NCBI GenBank assembly: GCA_965662235.1
Contig: CBFIGY010000007.1
Location: forward strand, 41,538 to 105,537
Reading direction: 5' to 3'
From: an uncultured bacterium
GTDB taxonomy: Bacteria > SAR324 > NAC60-12
Length of the DNA: 64,000 nt
Shown: one piece after another, positions 9,497-19,497 of the stretch
How the letters are laid out: the number at the start of each line of letters is the position of its first letter
How positions within the stretch are numbered: the stretch's first letter is position 1
The notes under the pieces: model-generated
What the model was told of the DNA's origin: nothing
The model's input: only the letters and a program-made list of their open reading frames with translations
The model's database searches: none
Position numbers and translations under genes: made by a program

Positions 9497-10375
9497 TCAG
9501 GGAGAGAGGAGCCGGGAGAGGTGGCCCTGCACGCCTTCGAGAAGCTGCTGGGCCTGGGAGGCCTCGACGTTCAGTCGGGCCATCACGAGCGCGGTTTTGA
9601 CGTGTCCGTTTGCGGCATCTAGGAGGCGTTCCGCCGTTTCGGAATCTACCTGCCCAACGCGCTCAACGATTCCTCGGGCCCGTCGCGCCAGCTTGGCGTT
9701 GGTGATCTGGACATCAACCATGAGGTTTTCAAACGTCTTCCCCAGCTGCACCATCACTCCGGTGCTGATCATGTTCAGGACCATTTTTTGGGCCGTGCCG
9801 GCTTTGAGTCGGGTGGAGCCGGTCAGCACCTCCGGACCGACAGGAAGGGCAATGGCCACCTGCGCTTGCTCCAGCAGGGGCGCCGGCTCATTGCAGGAAA
9901 TGCCAACGGTGAGGGCCCCATGCGCACGAGCGTGCTCTAGACCGCCGAGGACATAGGGGGTGGAGCCACTGGCTGCGATGCCGACCAGCACATCAGGTGC
10001 CTGAAACTGCCGGTCCTGCAGGTCCCGGACGGCCTGATCGCGGTCGTCTTCAGCGCCTTCCACAGCGTGCAGAAGCGCCGAGGGCCCTCCTGCAATCAGC
10101 GCCTGCACCAGCTCAGGTGGGGTGCCAAAGGTCGGGACACATTCTGCTGCATCCAGAACCCCCAGCCGTCCGCTGGTTCCGGCTCCCAGGTAAAACAGCC
10201 GCCCGCCCGCTTGCAGCTGCGCACTGATCTGTGCCACGGCTTCCGCGACCTGCGGCAGAGCCTGCTGAACGGTGGCGGCAACAGAGGCGTCTTCTGCGTT
10301 CATCGCGGTGACCAGCTCCAGCGGCGAGAGGCGGTCGAGGTTCCGGGTCCGGGCGTTGACTTGTTCGGTAAGCAT
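9497..10375 (-). CDS. murQ: N-acetylmuramic acid 6-phosphate etherase
   Basis: GAGTSGRLGVLDAAECVPTFG, EGAED, GSTRLKAGTAQK; TGATG overlap with anmK. Confidence 0.97.
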   Translation of the reverse strand: MLTEQVNARTRNLDRLSPLELVTAMNAEDASVAATVQQALPQVAEAVAQISAQLQAGGRLFYLGAGTSGRLGVLDAAECVPTFGTPPELVQALIAGGPSALLHAVEGAEDDRDQAVRDLQDRQFQAPDVLVGIAASGSTPYVLGGLEHARAHGALTVGISCNEPAPLLEQAQVAIALPVGPEVLTGSTRLKAGTAQKMVLNMISTGVMVQLGKTFENLMVDVQITNAKLARRARGIVERVGQVDSETAERLLDAANGHVKTALVMARLNVEASQAQQLLEGVQGHLSRLLSP

Positions 10376-11475
10376 CAGGGCTTTGGGGAAGTGGCATGGG
10401 GGAGGCAGCACTCGCCGCCGGTAACCGGCTTTGTGACTCCGGTGGTTTCCGGAAGAGAAAGGGGCCAGCCCTGCTGACTGCGGACGGCGAGGTAGGCGAA
10501 GGCCTGCGCTTCCAGAAAGTCTCCGGACCAGCCGACAGCCTCAACCGGTTCAACGGGAACCTGCAGTCGCTGCTGCAGCTGGTGCATCAAGGCGGTGTTG
10601 TGCCGTCCGCCTCCGGTGACCAGCCACCGCTGAGGAGCTTGCGGAAACCAACGGCCTGCTGCGGCAACCGACTCCACCACAAATTGCGCTAGGGTGGCCA
10701 GCGCGTCTGGAAGGGGAAGAGCGGCAGCAGCAGAGACGTCAAACTGGTTGCGGTCCAAGGACTTGGGGGCCGGCTTCTGAAAGTAGGGATGCCTCATCCA
10801 CTGCTCCACGAGTTTTTTGTCCGAAGTCCCTTGCTGAGCAAGAGCGCCGCCGGCGTCATACGCTTGCCCGGTGCGTTCCCGGAGCAGATCGTCCATCGGT
10901 GCGTTCGCCGGGCCGGTATCAAATGCGCAGAGGGTGTTTCCGGGACCCAGCCAGGTGACGTTTCCCACGCCCCCAAGGTTGAGGATGGCAAGCGGGCGCT
11001 CAAGCGAATGCGCCAGTGCTTGGTGGAAGAGAGGCGCAAGCGGGGCCCCCTGGCCTCCGTGGGCCAGGTCGTTGTGTCGAAAACGATAGACCACCGGGCA
11101 TCCGAGGGCATGAGCCAGTCGGGGACCATCGCCAAGCTGGTCGGTTTCACCACGCTCCGGATGGTGAGAGAGGGTTTGTCCGTGAAAGCCCACTCCGTCA
11201 AGTGCCTCGGGAGCCAGCTGGTGCTCTGCAAGGAAGGACTGAATGGCGGCGGCATTGAAGTCCGTGAAGGCCACCTCAAGCGCCGCGCGGTCTCCCTGCC
11301 CGTGCATGAGCCCGAGCAGCGCCGTTTTTAGCTCCGGCGGCAGGGGCACTGCCTGAGTGGGACCGAACTCGAGATGATGTTGCCCATCGGTCCGGAGCAG
11401 AGCCAGGTCTAGCCCGTCGGTGGAGGTGCCGGTCATCAGGCCAAGGGTGGTCAACAGAGGGAGCGGAGTGGTCAC
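10375..11475 (-). CDS. anmK: Anhydro-N-acetylmuramic acid kinase
   Basis: GLMTGTSTDGLD, GFHGQT, GGQGAPL, NLGGVGN, FDTGPAN, EAQAFAYLA; GTG start assumed. Confidence 0.96.
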   Translation of the reverse strand: MTTPLPLLTTLGLMTGTSTDGLDLALLRTDGQHHLEFGPTQAVPLPPELKTALLGLMHGQGDRAALEVAFTDFNAAAIQSFLAEHQLAPEALDGVGFHGQTLSHHPERGETDQLGDGPRLAHALGCPVVYRFRHNDLAHGGQGAPLAPLFHQALAHSLERPLAILNLGGVGNVTWLGPGNTLCAFDTGPANAPMDDLLRERTGQAYDAGGALAQQGTSDKKLVEQWMRHPYFQKPAPKSLDRNQFDVSAAAALPLPDALATLAQFVVESVAAAGRWFPQAPQRWLVTGGGRHNTALMHQLQQRLQVPVEPVEAVGWSGDFLEAQAFAYLAVRSQQGWPLSLPETTGVTKPVTGGECCLPHATSPKP

Positions 11476-11661
11476 AGCAGTACCCGTGGAAAAGGCGGTG
11501 GAGCTTCTCGGAAGCAGCGTCCCCAATTGATGCCATGTTGCGGGGGGAAAGAAAAGCGTTTTGCCGGAAAGCGGGGCCTGCGCCGGATACTTGCGAAACC
11601 AGGACGCTCGAATTAGGGTGTTTGGTACCGAGCATGAACCCCTACTTTTGCAGGAACCGCC

Positions 11662-12615
11662 ATGACGATGATCAAAATTCCCAAACGCTGGGAACTGCCT
11701 GAATCTGCAGTCACTTCAGAAGAACTGTTTTGGAACCGCCGTCAGCTCCTGAAGGCTTCCGGTGTCTCTCTGCTGGCGCTCGCAAGTGGGGCCTCCGGGG
11801 CTCAGGCGGCCACCGCCGGCTTTCCGACCTCCCGGAACCCCAAGTACGCTGACGAGTTGGGCGGGCTGACCTCTGAGGAGCTGGTGACGGGTTACAACAA
11901 CTTCTACGAATTCACCACTGACAAGGAAGACGTGGCCGACCTGGCCAGGAACTGGAAAACGGAGCCCTGGACGCTCAAGGTGGATGGACTGGTTCGAGAG
12001 CCGTTTGAGGTGGAGGCCAACGACCTGGTCCGGGAGTTTGGAATTGAGCAGCGCATCTACCGGTTCCGCTGCGTGGAAGCGTGGTCGATGGTGGTGCCCT
12101 GGGACGGTTTCCCGCTTGCTAAGCTGGTGGCCAAGGCTGACCCGCTTCCGGAAGCCAAGTACGTCCGCTTTGTCTCCTTCATGGACCCTGAACAGGCTCC
12201 GGGATTTGGGAGCAGCTACTATCCCTGGCCGTATCAGGAGGGGCTCCGTCTGGATGAGGCGCGCCACGATCTGTCCCTGATGGTCACGGGGGTGTATGGC
12301 AAGCCGTTGCCCAATCAAAATGGCGCTCCGCTGCGCCTGATGGTCCCGTGGAAGTACGGGTTCAAGAGCATCAAGTCGATTGTCCGCATGGAGTTTGTCA
12401 AGGAGATGCCGAAGACGCTCTGGAATACGATGGCGCCCCGGGAGTATGGGTTTTATGCCAACGTCAACCCGGAGGTGTCGCACCCACGTTGGTCACAGGC
12501 GCAGGAGCGTCCGGCAGGAACGTGGTTCAAGAAGATCCCGACCCTGATGTTCAACGGCTATGAGCCCGAAGTGGCGGGACTGTATCAGGGCATGGACCTG
12601 CGTCAGTGGTACTGA
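11662..12615 (+). CDS. msrP: Protein-methionine-sulfoxide reductase catalytic subunit
   Basis: Tat signal NRRQLLK; YNNFYEF, RFRCVEAWSM (Mo-ligating Cys), PWKYGFKSIK, HPRWSQA. Confidence 0.96.
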   Translation: MTMIKIPKRWELPESAVTSEELFWNRRQLLKASGVSLLALASGASGAQAATAGFPTSRNPKYADELGGLTSEELVTGYNNFYEFTTDKEDVADLARNWKTEPWTLKVDGLVREPFEVEANDLVREFGIEQRIYRFRCVEAWSMVVPWDGFPLAKLVAKADPLPEAKYVRFVSFMDPEQAPGFGSSYYPWPYQEGLRLDEARHDLSLMVTGVYGKPLPNQNGAPLRLMVPWKYGFKSIKSIVRMEFVKEMPKTLWNTMAPREYGFYANVNPEVSHPRWSQAQERPAGTWFKKIPTLMFNGYEPEVAGLYQGMDLRQWY

Positions 12616-13238
12616 AGGCGCTGTTCCCGCTGCTGGTGGGCGCGTTGCTGCTGCCAGTGGTCTGGTGGGGCGGGGTGCTGGTCTGGGGAGCGCCCAAGGC
12701 GAACCCGGTGGAGTACCTGCTCCTCAACACCGGCGAGGTGGCCACCTACCTGCTGTGTGGAACGCTCCTGATTAGCCCGCTGCGGGTGTTCTTTCCGCAG
12801 GTGCTGCTGCTGAAACGCCTGTCCGGACACAAGCGAACGCTGGGGCTGGGGTGCTTTGCCTACGCCTTCCTCCACGGAGGAGTGTACCTGCTGGACCGCT
12901 TTGACTGGGGCCTGGTGTGGGACGACCTAGGGCGGCTCTTCATTGCGGTGGGCCTGGGTGGCTTGCTGGTGCTGCTGGCATTGGCCCTCACCAGCAGCAA
13001 CCGGGCGGTCAAGGCCCTAGGAGGGCGGCGCTGGAAGCGACTGCACCAAGCCGCTTACCTAGCGGCAGTGCTGGTGTTCTGGCACATGCTGCTCAAGGAA
13101 AAACACTCTCCACTGGAGCCGCTGCTGCTGTTTGTCCCCCTTGCGCTTCTGGAGGGGTTCCGGGTTTACCGGTTCTGGCAGCGTCGGCAACAGAAGCCCC
13201 CCGTTGTGCCTGCAGCCCCCGCTAAGAAACCCTCGTGA
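12606..13238 (+). CDS. msrQ: MsrQ heme-binding membrane subunit
   Basis: NPVE, ISPLR, RTLGL..F.Y..LH, LALTS, WKRLH motifs; overlaps msrP. Confidence 0.92.
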   Translation: MVLKALFPLLVGALLLPVVWWGGVLVWGAPKANPVEYLLLNTGEVATYLLCGTLLISPLRVFFPQVLLLKRLSGHKRTLGLGCFAYAFLHGGVYLLDRFDWGLVWDDLGRLFIAVGLGGLLVLLALALTSSNRAVKALGGRRWKRLHQAAYLAAVLVFWHMLLKEKHSPLEPLLLFVPLALLEGFRVYRFWQRRQQKPPVVPAAPAKKPS

Positions 13239-13295
13239 CTCACGGGGCGGATTCTGCCATAATTGTCGGCTCAAAAACCGGAACCGACGAAACGC

Positions 13296-16200
13296 ATGTT
13301 CACCCACCTCCACCTTCACACCCAATACTCTCTGCTGGAAGGCGCTATTCGCGTCAAGAAGCTGGTCAAGGCGCTCCAGGAACGAGACTTCCAGGCCTGT
13401 GCGATCACCGACCATGGGAACATGTATGGGGCGGTCGAGTTCCACCATGCCCTCCGGGGAGCCGGACTGAAGCCCATCATCGGTTTGGGCGCGTCGGTTG
13501 TCGAAGGACGACTGGCCGATCATCAGGACTCGCCAAAAGTCACCAGCCACACCCTCAACCTGCTCTGTGAAAACCGCGAAGGCTACCAGAGCCTGACCTA
13601 CCTTGCGAGCCTCGGCTTCACCCAGGGTAAGCTCAAGGGGCACCCGCACCTCGACCATGAACTGCTGGAGCAGCACGCCAAGGGGCTCATCGCCTTCAGT
13701 GGCAGCATGGAAAGTGAGATTGGGCAACGCTTGCTCAACGGACGGATTGACGACGCGCGTCGGCTGGCCGAGTGGTACCAGGGGCTTTACGAGGGACGCT
13801 TCTACTTAGAGGTGCAGAACACCGGGCGCCCGGAACAGGCGGAGCTGAACGCCCAGCTGGTGGCCCTGAGTCAGGAGCTGAACCTTCCGCTGCTGGGGAC
13901 CAACGACTGCTTCTACCTGACCCCGGATGAAGCCGAGGCCCAGTACATTCTCTGGCTGATGGGAGAGCAGCGTCGGGTGACGGATTCTGATGTGCCGGCG
14001 CAGTTGCCTCCGGAACGCTTTCTGCGGACGGAAGAGGAGATGCGAGCCGCCTTGGCTGGGCTCCCGGAGGAGGCGTTGACCAACACGCAGCTCATCGCTG
14101 AGCGGTGTGAAGTAGACCTGACGAACAAACAGTACTTCCTGCCCAACTTTTCCATTCCTCCTGGGTACACGCTCGACTCCTGGTTGGAGAAGGAAGCCCG
14201 GGACGGCTTGGAAAAACGCTTGGAGCTGCTGTATGAACTCTATGCCCCGGAAGAGGACTTTGAGGTCTTCCGGAAGCCGTATGAGGAGCGCCTCCAGTTT
14301 GAGCTGGGCATCATCATCTCCATGAAGTTCCCGGGGTACTTCCTCATCGTTGCAGACTTCATCAACTGGGCAAAGGACCATGGGGTGTCGGTGGGGCCAG
14401 GACGGGGTTCCGGAGCCGGCTCGCTGGTGGCCTACTCGCTGCGGATCACAGACGTTGACCCTCTGCGCTATGGCCTGCTCTTTGAGCGCTTCCTCAATCC
14501 GGACCGCATCTCCATGCCTGACTTCGACATCGACTTTGATGTGGAGGGCCGAGACAGCGTCATTGACTACGTCCGGGACCACTACGGGGAGCAGAACGTG
14601 TGTCAGATTGCGACCTTCGGGTCCCTCAAGGCCAAGGCGGTGGTCCGGGGCGTGGCACGGGTGCTGGACTTTCCCTATTCGGAGGCCGACAAGATCGCCA
14701 AGCTGGTTCCCAATGAGCTGAACATCGCGCTGGAGGACGCGCTGAAGAAGGAGCCGGAGCTGGCCCGCATGGCCCGTGAAGGGTCGGACAACGAACAGCG
14801 CCTCATTGACCTGAGCCTGAAGCTGGAGAACCTCAACACTCACCTTGGGACACATGCTGCCGGGGTGATCATCATGGATCAGGACATCCGGGAAGTGATG
14901 CCGGTGTGCACCGGGCGCGAGGGGGAGCTGCAGTCGCAGTACACGATGAAGTGGGCAGAAGACCAGGGCGCGGTTAAGTTCGACTTCCTCGGCCTCCTCA
15001 ACCTCTCGAACATCGACCAGTCCCTGACCCTGATCAATGAGGGCCGTCCGGATGCGCAGCAGCTGGATCTCGACCGGATCTCCATGGACGACCCGTTGGC
15101 GTTTGAGCTGCTCTGCAACGCCGACACCACCGGCGTCTTCCAGGTCGAGTCTTCTGGCATGAAGAAGCTGCTGGCGGACATGCGGCCCAGCTGCTTTGAG
15201 GACATTGTGGCCATCCTGGCCCTGTACCGTCCGGGCCCCCTGGGTTCCGGGATGGTGGATGACTTTGTGCAGTGCAAGCACGGACGCAAGAAGGTGGTGT
15301 ACCCGCACCCGCTCATGGAGCCGATCCTCAAGGAAACCTACGGGGTGATGGTCTACCAAGAGCAGATCATGCAGGGGGTGCAGGTGCTGGCGGGCTTCAG
15401 CTTGGGGCAGGCCGACCTGCTCCGGCGGGCGATCGGCAAGAAAATCGCCGAGGTGATGGTCGAGCAGCGGACCAAGTTTGTAGACGGCTGCGTGGCCAAT
15501 CCAGAATTTGTCCAGCAGTGCCCCGCCCAGACGACTCCAGAGGAAAAGGCGAATGAGATCTTCGACCTCATTGACTACTTCTCCGGATACGGGTTCAACA
15601 AGTCCCACACCGTTGCCTACGGGCTGATTTCTTATCAAACGGCCTACCTCAAGGCCCACTACCCTGTCGAGTTCATGGCCGCTTTGCTCAATGGCGCCAT
15701 GGGCAGTCCAGACAAGGTGGTGAACTTCATTGGCGAGTGCAAGGAAATGGGCGTTCCGGTGCTGCCGCCGGACGTCAATTACAGCGGAAAGGCCTTCACG
15801 GTCTCGCCCCTGGGGTACCGTGTGACCCGCCGGACGCTGGTGCACTTTGACCGAGACTGGTCAGGGCTGGAAGACGCGACCCGCGAGTCGCTGAAGCGGG
15901 CGCTGCAGGTGCTGCGAGAGAAGGAGTTTGAGCGCGAATCCTCCTTCCTGCAGGAACTGGAACGTCAGTCGGGAGCCGAACTGCCCGACGGCCTGACCGC
16001 GTGGCTGGGACGAGAGGCCCGGATTCTAGCTGTTCGGTTTGGCCTCAACGCAGTGAAAAACGTGGGTAGCCACGCTGTGGACGCCATTCTGGAGGTCCGG
16101 GAGCAGGGCACGCTTACGGACTTCATGGAGTTCCTCAAGGCGGTGGACCTCGGGCGACTCAACAAGCGCATGCTGGAAACCCTGGTCAAGTGTGGGGCCT

Positions 16201-17066
16201 TCGACTCTCTGCACGCCAATCGGGCGCAGCTGTTTGTGTGCCTAGATGATGCCATGCACCTTGCGCAGGAGTTTCAGCGAGACCAGGACGCCAACCAGGT
16301 ATCGCTCTTTGAGCTGATGGATGAATCGGATGCGCGTGCCACTGAGACCCGTCTGGAGTTTCCGGAGATGCGTGACTGGTCCACCGAAGAACGGCTTCAG
16401 CAGGAAAAGGAAGCCCTCGGCTTTTACGTGTCCGGGCACCCCCTCGACCGGTACCTTGCCGAAGCCAAGCAGCTGGCGACGACAACCGCAGAGCTGCTCG
16501 ATGGCACCTTTACCGATGAGTATGCTTCGCTTGTGGGCGTGGTGGTGGACAAAACCGTACGACTCAACAAGGACTCAGAAAAATTCGCCATCGTCCGCAT
16601 CGAGGACCTGCGAGGCACCCTCGAGTTTCCGATCTACGCCCGGACTTACAACGAATGCGCCGAGGTGCTGGAGGAGGACGGACCGCTGCTCATTCAGGGA
16701 CGGGTGGTGCAGCGCGACGAAGAAGTGACCCTCATTCCGGACAAAATTCAGCGCCTCCGGGACGTCCGTCAGCAAGAAGCGGAGCGGCTCACCCTGGAGC
16801 TGTACCCGGACTCGCTGAGTGACGATCAGTTGCGCCTGCTCCGGAACATCCTCAAGAAGTACCCGGGTGACCGTCCTCTGGACTTCCTGGTGCATGCGGA
16901 AGAAGGCGTCACCGTGACCGTGCAGGTGGAAGACACCGTCCAGTTTGCTCCGGCCCTGACGTTGGAGCTGGAGGAGCTGCTTCCTTCACGGCAGCTGCTG
17001 TTCCGCTATCCTTCCCGCCCACGCAGTGCACCGTCCTCCGGACGCCGTTATGCGCATGCCGCCTAA
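13296..17066 (+). CDS. dnaE: DNA polymerase III alpha subunit
   Basis: PHP domain HLHLHT/TDHG, GPGRGSGAGS, SMPDFDIDF, KFDFLGL, YGFNKSH, clamp motif QVSLF, C-terminal OB fold. Confidence 0.98.
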   Translation: MFTHLHLHTQYSLLEGAIRVKKLVKALQERDFQACAITDHGNMYGAVEFHHALRGAGLKPIIGLGASVVEGRLADHQDSPKVTSHTLNLLCENREGYQSLTYLASLGFTQGKLKGHPHLDHELLEQHAKGLIAFSGSMESEIGQRLLNGRIDDARRLAEWYQGLYEGRFYLEVQNTGRPEQAELNAQLVALSQELNLPLLGTNDCFYLTPDEAEAQYILWLMGEQRRVTDSDVPAQLPPERFLRTEEEMRAALAGLPEEALTNTQLIAERCEVDLTNKQYFLPNFSIPPGYTLDSWLEKEARDGLEKRLELLYELYAPEEDFEVFRKPYEERLQFELGIIISMKFPGYFLIVADFINWAKDHGVSVGPGRGSGAGSLVAYSLRITDVDPLRYGLLFERFLNPDRISMPDFDIDFDVEGRDSVIDYVRDHYGEQNVCQIATFGSLKAKAVVRGVARVLDFPYSEADKIAKLVPNELNIALEDALKKEPELARMAREGSDNEQRLIDLSLKLENLNTHLGTHAAGVIIMDQDIREVMPVCTGREGELQSQYTMKWAEDQGAVKFDFLGLLNLSNIDQSLTLINEGRPDAQQLDLDRISMDDPLAFELLCNADTTGVFQVESSGMKKLLADMRPSCFEDIVAILALYRPGPLGSGMVDDFVQCKHGRKKVVYPHPLMEPILKETYGVMVYQEQIMQGVQVLAGFSLGQADLLRRAIGKKIAEVMVEQRTKFVDGCVANPEFVQQCPAQTTPEEKANEIFDLIDYFSGYGFNKSHTVAYGLISYQTAYLKAHYPVEFMAALLNGAMGSPDKVVNFIGECKEMGVPVLPPDVNYSGKAFTVSPLGYRVTRRTLVHFDRDWSGLEDATRESLKRALQVLREKEFERESSFLQELERQSGAELPDGLTAWLGREARILAVRFGLNAVKNVGSHAVDAILEVREQGTLTDFMEFLKAVDLGRLNKRMLETLVKCGAFDSLHANRAQLFVCLDDAMHLAQEFQRDQDANQVSLFELMDESDARATETRLEFPEMRDWSTEERLQQEKEALGFYVSGHPLDRYLAEAKQLATTTAELLDGTFTDEYASLVGVVVDKTVRLNKDSEKFAIVRIEDLRGTLEFPIYARTYNECAEVLEEDGPLLIQGRVVQRDEEVTLIPDKIQRLRDVRQQEAERLTLELYPDSLSDDQLRLLRNILKKYPGDRPLDFLVHAEEGVTVTVQVEDTVQFAPALTLELEELLPSRQLLFRYPSRPRSAPSSGRRYAHAA

Positions 17067-17574
17067 ACGCCCCCCGAATCCGGCAAGCCCGGCCTCTGCT
17101 GCAGATCAAGACGCGGCAACGGCGCACCTTCGCCAAGCGGTCGTGGACGATGCGCCTGTGCTGCATCGCCTGCTGAAGGCCCTGGCGGCGTTTCATGGTC
17201 CGGAAACCGCGTTTTGGTCCACCCCGGAAGCCATTGCACGCGACGGCTTCGGCCCAGAGGCCCGCTACGAGTCGTGGCTAGCCGAGGTCCAGGGAGAACC
17301 GGTGGGGGTGGCGACTTTCTTCCTGACGTACTCCACGTTCAAGGCACAGGCGTGCCTGCACCTCGACAACCTGTTTGTGGAACCTGCCTTCCGGGGACGC
17401 GGAGTGGCGCGTCAGCTGCTGGAACGGGTCCGGACCCGGGCACAGGAGCTCAGGTGCGTTCGCGTGGACCTGCACGTTTATGCCACCAATCCGGCGCGCC
17501 AGGTGTATGAACGCTTTGGCTTCGAGCACACCTCGGATGCGGTTTACACCCTTAACCTTCACCCGCGCTCATGA
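17056..17574 (+). CDS. GNAT N-acetyltransferase (diamine acetyltransferase-like)
   Basis: TYSTF, LDNLFVEPAFRGRGVA, NPARQVYERFGF. Confidence 0.88.
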   Translation: MPPKRPPNPASPASAADQDAATAHLRQAVVDDAPVLHRLLKALAAFHGPETAFWSTPEAIARDGFGPEARYESWLAEVQGEPVGVATFFLTYSTFKAQACLHLDNLFVEPAFRGRGVARQLLERVRTRAQELRCVRVDLHVYATNPARQVYERFGFEHTSDAVYTLNLHPRS

Positions 17575-18503
17575 CGTTCCTCATTCAGGCTCCGGAAAGC
17601 TTTCAGCCGGAGCGTTACCGTCAACTGCTCGCAGACGCGGCGCCCGACATTCCCGTCCGGTTGAGTGATGAGCCTGGCGACCCGGGGGCCGTGGTGTTTG
17701 CCGCCGGCTGGAATCCTCCGGATGGCTACTGGCACCAGTTTCCGAACCTGCAGGGGATCACGTCTCTGGGCGCAGGCGTAGACAGCCTCCTCCGCGATGC
17801 CGATATTCCGCCAGGGTTGCCGATTGCGCGGCTGGTGGACGATGAGATGGCGCGTCGCATGACCGAATACATGCTGCTGGCGGTGCTCTCGCACAAGCGC
17901 CGGTGGCTTGATTACGCCGAGCATCCGGACGGCGCCGGCTGGGGCATCAGCATCGCTCACCCCGGACATCAGGTGGGCATCTTGGGGTTGGGGCACCTGG
18001 GGACCGCGGTGGCGCAGGGCTTTCAGTCGCTGGGATACGGGGTTGCCGGCTGGGTCCGGAGTCCTCGAGAAAGCCCGCTGCCGAATCTTCCTCTGTACGT
18101 CGGGGACCGTGGCTTGCCGGCTCTTCTGCAAGGCGCCGACTACGTCATCAGCCTCCTGCCGCTCACGCCCGAGACGCGGAACCGCTTTGACCGGGCCGTG
18201 CTCAGCGAGATGAAGCCCGGGGCTTACTTCATCAATGCCGGACGGGGACAGACGGTGGTGGAAGCTGACCTGCTGGCGCTTGTGCAGTCGGGTCATCTTT
18301 CTGGAGCCTGCCTGGACGTGTTTCAGGAGGAGCCGCTTCCAGCAGACCACCCCTTCCGGAAGGAACCTCGCATCCGCATCACGCCCCACATTTCCAGCAT
18401 CACGCCTCCGGAGTCGGTGCTCCCGCAGATCATTGACAACTACCGCCGGGCGGCGTCCGGACAGCCGCTGCTCAACCTGATTGACCGGACCCGTGGTTAC
18501 TGA
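17571..18503 (+). CDS. ghrA: Glyoxylate/hydroxypyruvate reductase A-like 2-hydroxyacid dehydrogenase
   Basis: SLGAGVD, GLGHLG, INAGRG, LDVFQEEPLP, TPHIS. Confidence 0.85.
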   Translation: MTFLIQAPESFQPERYRQLLADAAPDIPVRLSDEPGDPGAVVFAAGWNPPDGYWHQFPNLQGITSLGAGVDSLLRDADIPPGLPIARLVDDEMARRMTEYMLLAVLSHKRRWLDYAEHPDGAGWGISIAHPGHQVGILGLGHLGTAVAQGFQSLGYGVAGWVRSPRESPLPNLPLYVGDRGLPALLQGADYVISLLPLTPETRNRFDRAVLSEMKPGAYFINAGRGQTVVEADLLALVQSGHLSGACLDVFQEEPLPADHPFRKEPRIRITPHISSITPPESVLPQIIDNYRRAASGQPLLNLIDRTRGY

Positions 18504-19497
18504 AATCCGAAGGGGCCTCCTGGTGCTGCTTGGCAGCCTGCTGCTGCACACGGGGTGCGGACTCAAAACGTCCCCGCAGCCGTTGGCGCCAAGTGAGCAG
18601 CAGCCGTATGTGCAGAGTCCGTTTGTCCGGCAAAAAGGAGAAACCCTCCGGGTGAGTTGGCTCTCCCTCAGGCGTCCGGACACAATTCGACTGCAGGTTT
18701 GGCTGACAGAACCGCTTTGCACCCGTTGTGAACCAAGGCTTCACGAGGAACTTCTCTTGCAGGAGGAGTTAAAGTTGGGACAAAATGAAGCCTCGGTTTC
18801 GCTCCCGCCACCTGTCGCTCCCACGGTGGAGGTTCGGTTGGAGGTGCAGAATACTGAGGACGGTCCTGATGAACCCATTGTGACCACCTGGGAGGGCCGC
18901 CCGTTCTTCCCCAATCCGCAGCCCCTGAAGGTGCAGACCATTGGGGTGGAGGAAGAGCGTGTTCTGCCGCAGGGAGAGGTTTCGTTGATCCTGACGGTTG
19001 CAGAAGAGGCCGGGGTGTCTCTGGAGGTTCCTCAGGAAGGGGCGTTGCTGCGCCGGACGGATCTGATTCGGCTGAGCTGGGAGCGTCCCCCGGAGTTTCA
19101 GGGCACGGTTCTGGATGAGCAAGGGGTGCTGTGGCAGACAGCAGCGTCTTACCGCGTGAACGTCTACCGGGTGGAACCGTCGGGTGAGCTGGCTCCGAAA
19201 CCGCTGAATCCGGCGCCTCTGGAGTCGCGCTACTGGGTGTATCGCCGGCCTCGTCCTTCGGCAACGGTGGCCCCTGCGAGTGGCCTGACCGAAATCCGTC
19301 CCGGGTTTCCGCAGCGTCGGGGTGCGTTTTATATTGATATAAAAGTGATTCCTCAAGATACTTACAAATTTGCACACGTGCTGGTGGACCAGCGGGGAAA
19401 TGAAAGCCCGGCGTCTCCAGTGGTGTCTCAGGCCCTCCCGGCCACCTATCCAAGCTGGTGGTTGCGGGCCTTGAACCTGTTTCCCTCAAGCCTCTAG
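18493..19497 (+). CDS. Hypothetical lipoprotein (CGxK start, CxxC motif, FN3-like C-terminus)
   Basis: Lipobox-like HTG-C followed by GLKTSPQP; LCTRCEP; VD..GNES..S tail typical of FN3-like domains. Start uncertain (18481 or 18493). Confidence 0.65.
   Translation: MVTEIRRGLLVLLGSLLLHTGCGLKTSPQPLAPSEQQPYVQSPFVRQKGETLRVSWLSLRRPDTIRLQVWLTEPLCTRCEPRLHEELLLQEELKLGQNEASVSLPPPVAPTVEVRLEVQNTEDGPDEPIVTTWEGRPFFPNPQPLKVQTIGVEEERVLPQGEVSLILTVAEEAGVSLEVPQEGALLRRTDLIRLSWERPPEFQGTVLDEQGVLWQTAASYRVNVYRVEPSGELAPKPLNPAPLESRYWVYRRPRPSATVAPASGLTEIRPGFPQRRGAFYIDIKVIPQDTYKFAHVLVDQRGNESPASPVVSQALPATYPSWWLRALNLFPSSL

Noticed and set aside
1..10000. Apparent frequent CTAG/CCTAG sites
   Set aside because: About 12 counted by eye in 10 kb, still below the composition-based expectation, so not enriched.
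13806..15845. 679-aa minus-strand ORF (likewise 285-1178, 21744-23057, 24186-25523, 32382-33695, 54839-56116, 60380-61693)
   Set aside because: Antisense shadows of well-supported genes (dnaE, ftsH, acc fusion, secA, fcs, dctP); expected in high-GC3 DNA and without recognisable motifs.
15804..16031. Possible intein in DnaE
   Set aside because: Too short, with no C-terminal His-Asn followed by Cys/Ser/Thr and no Hint block motifs; reported as a plain insertion.
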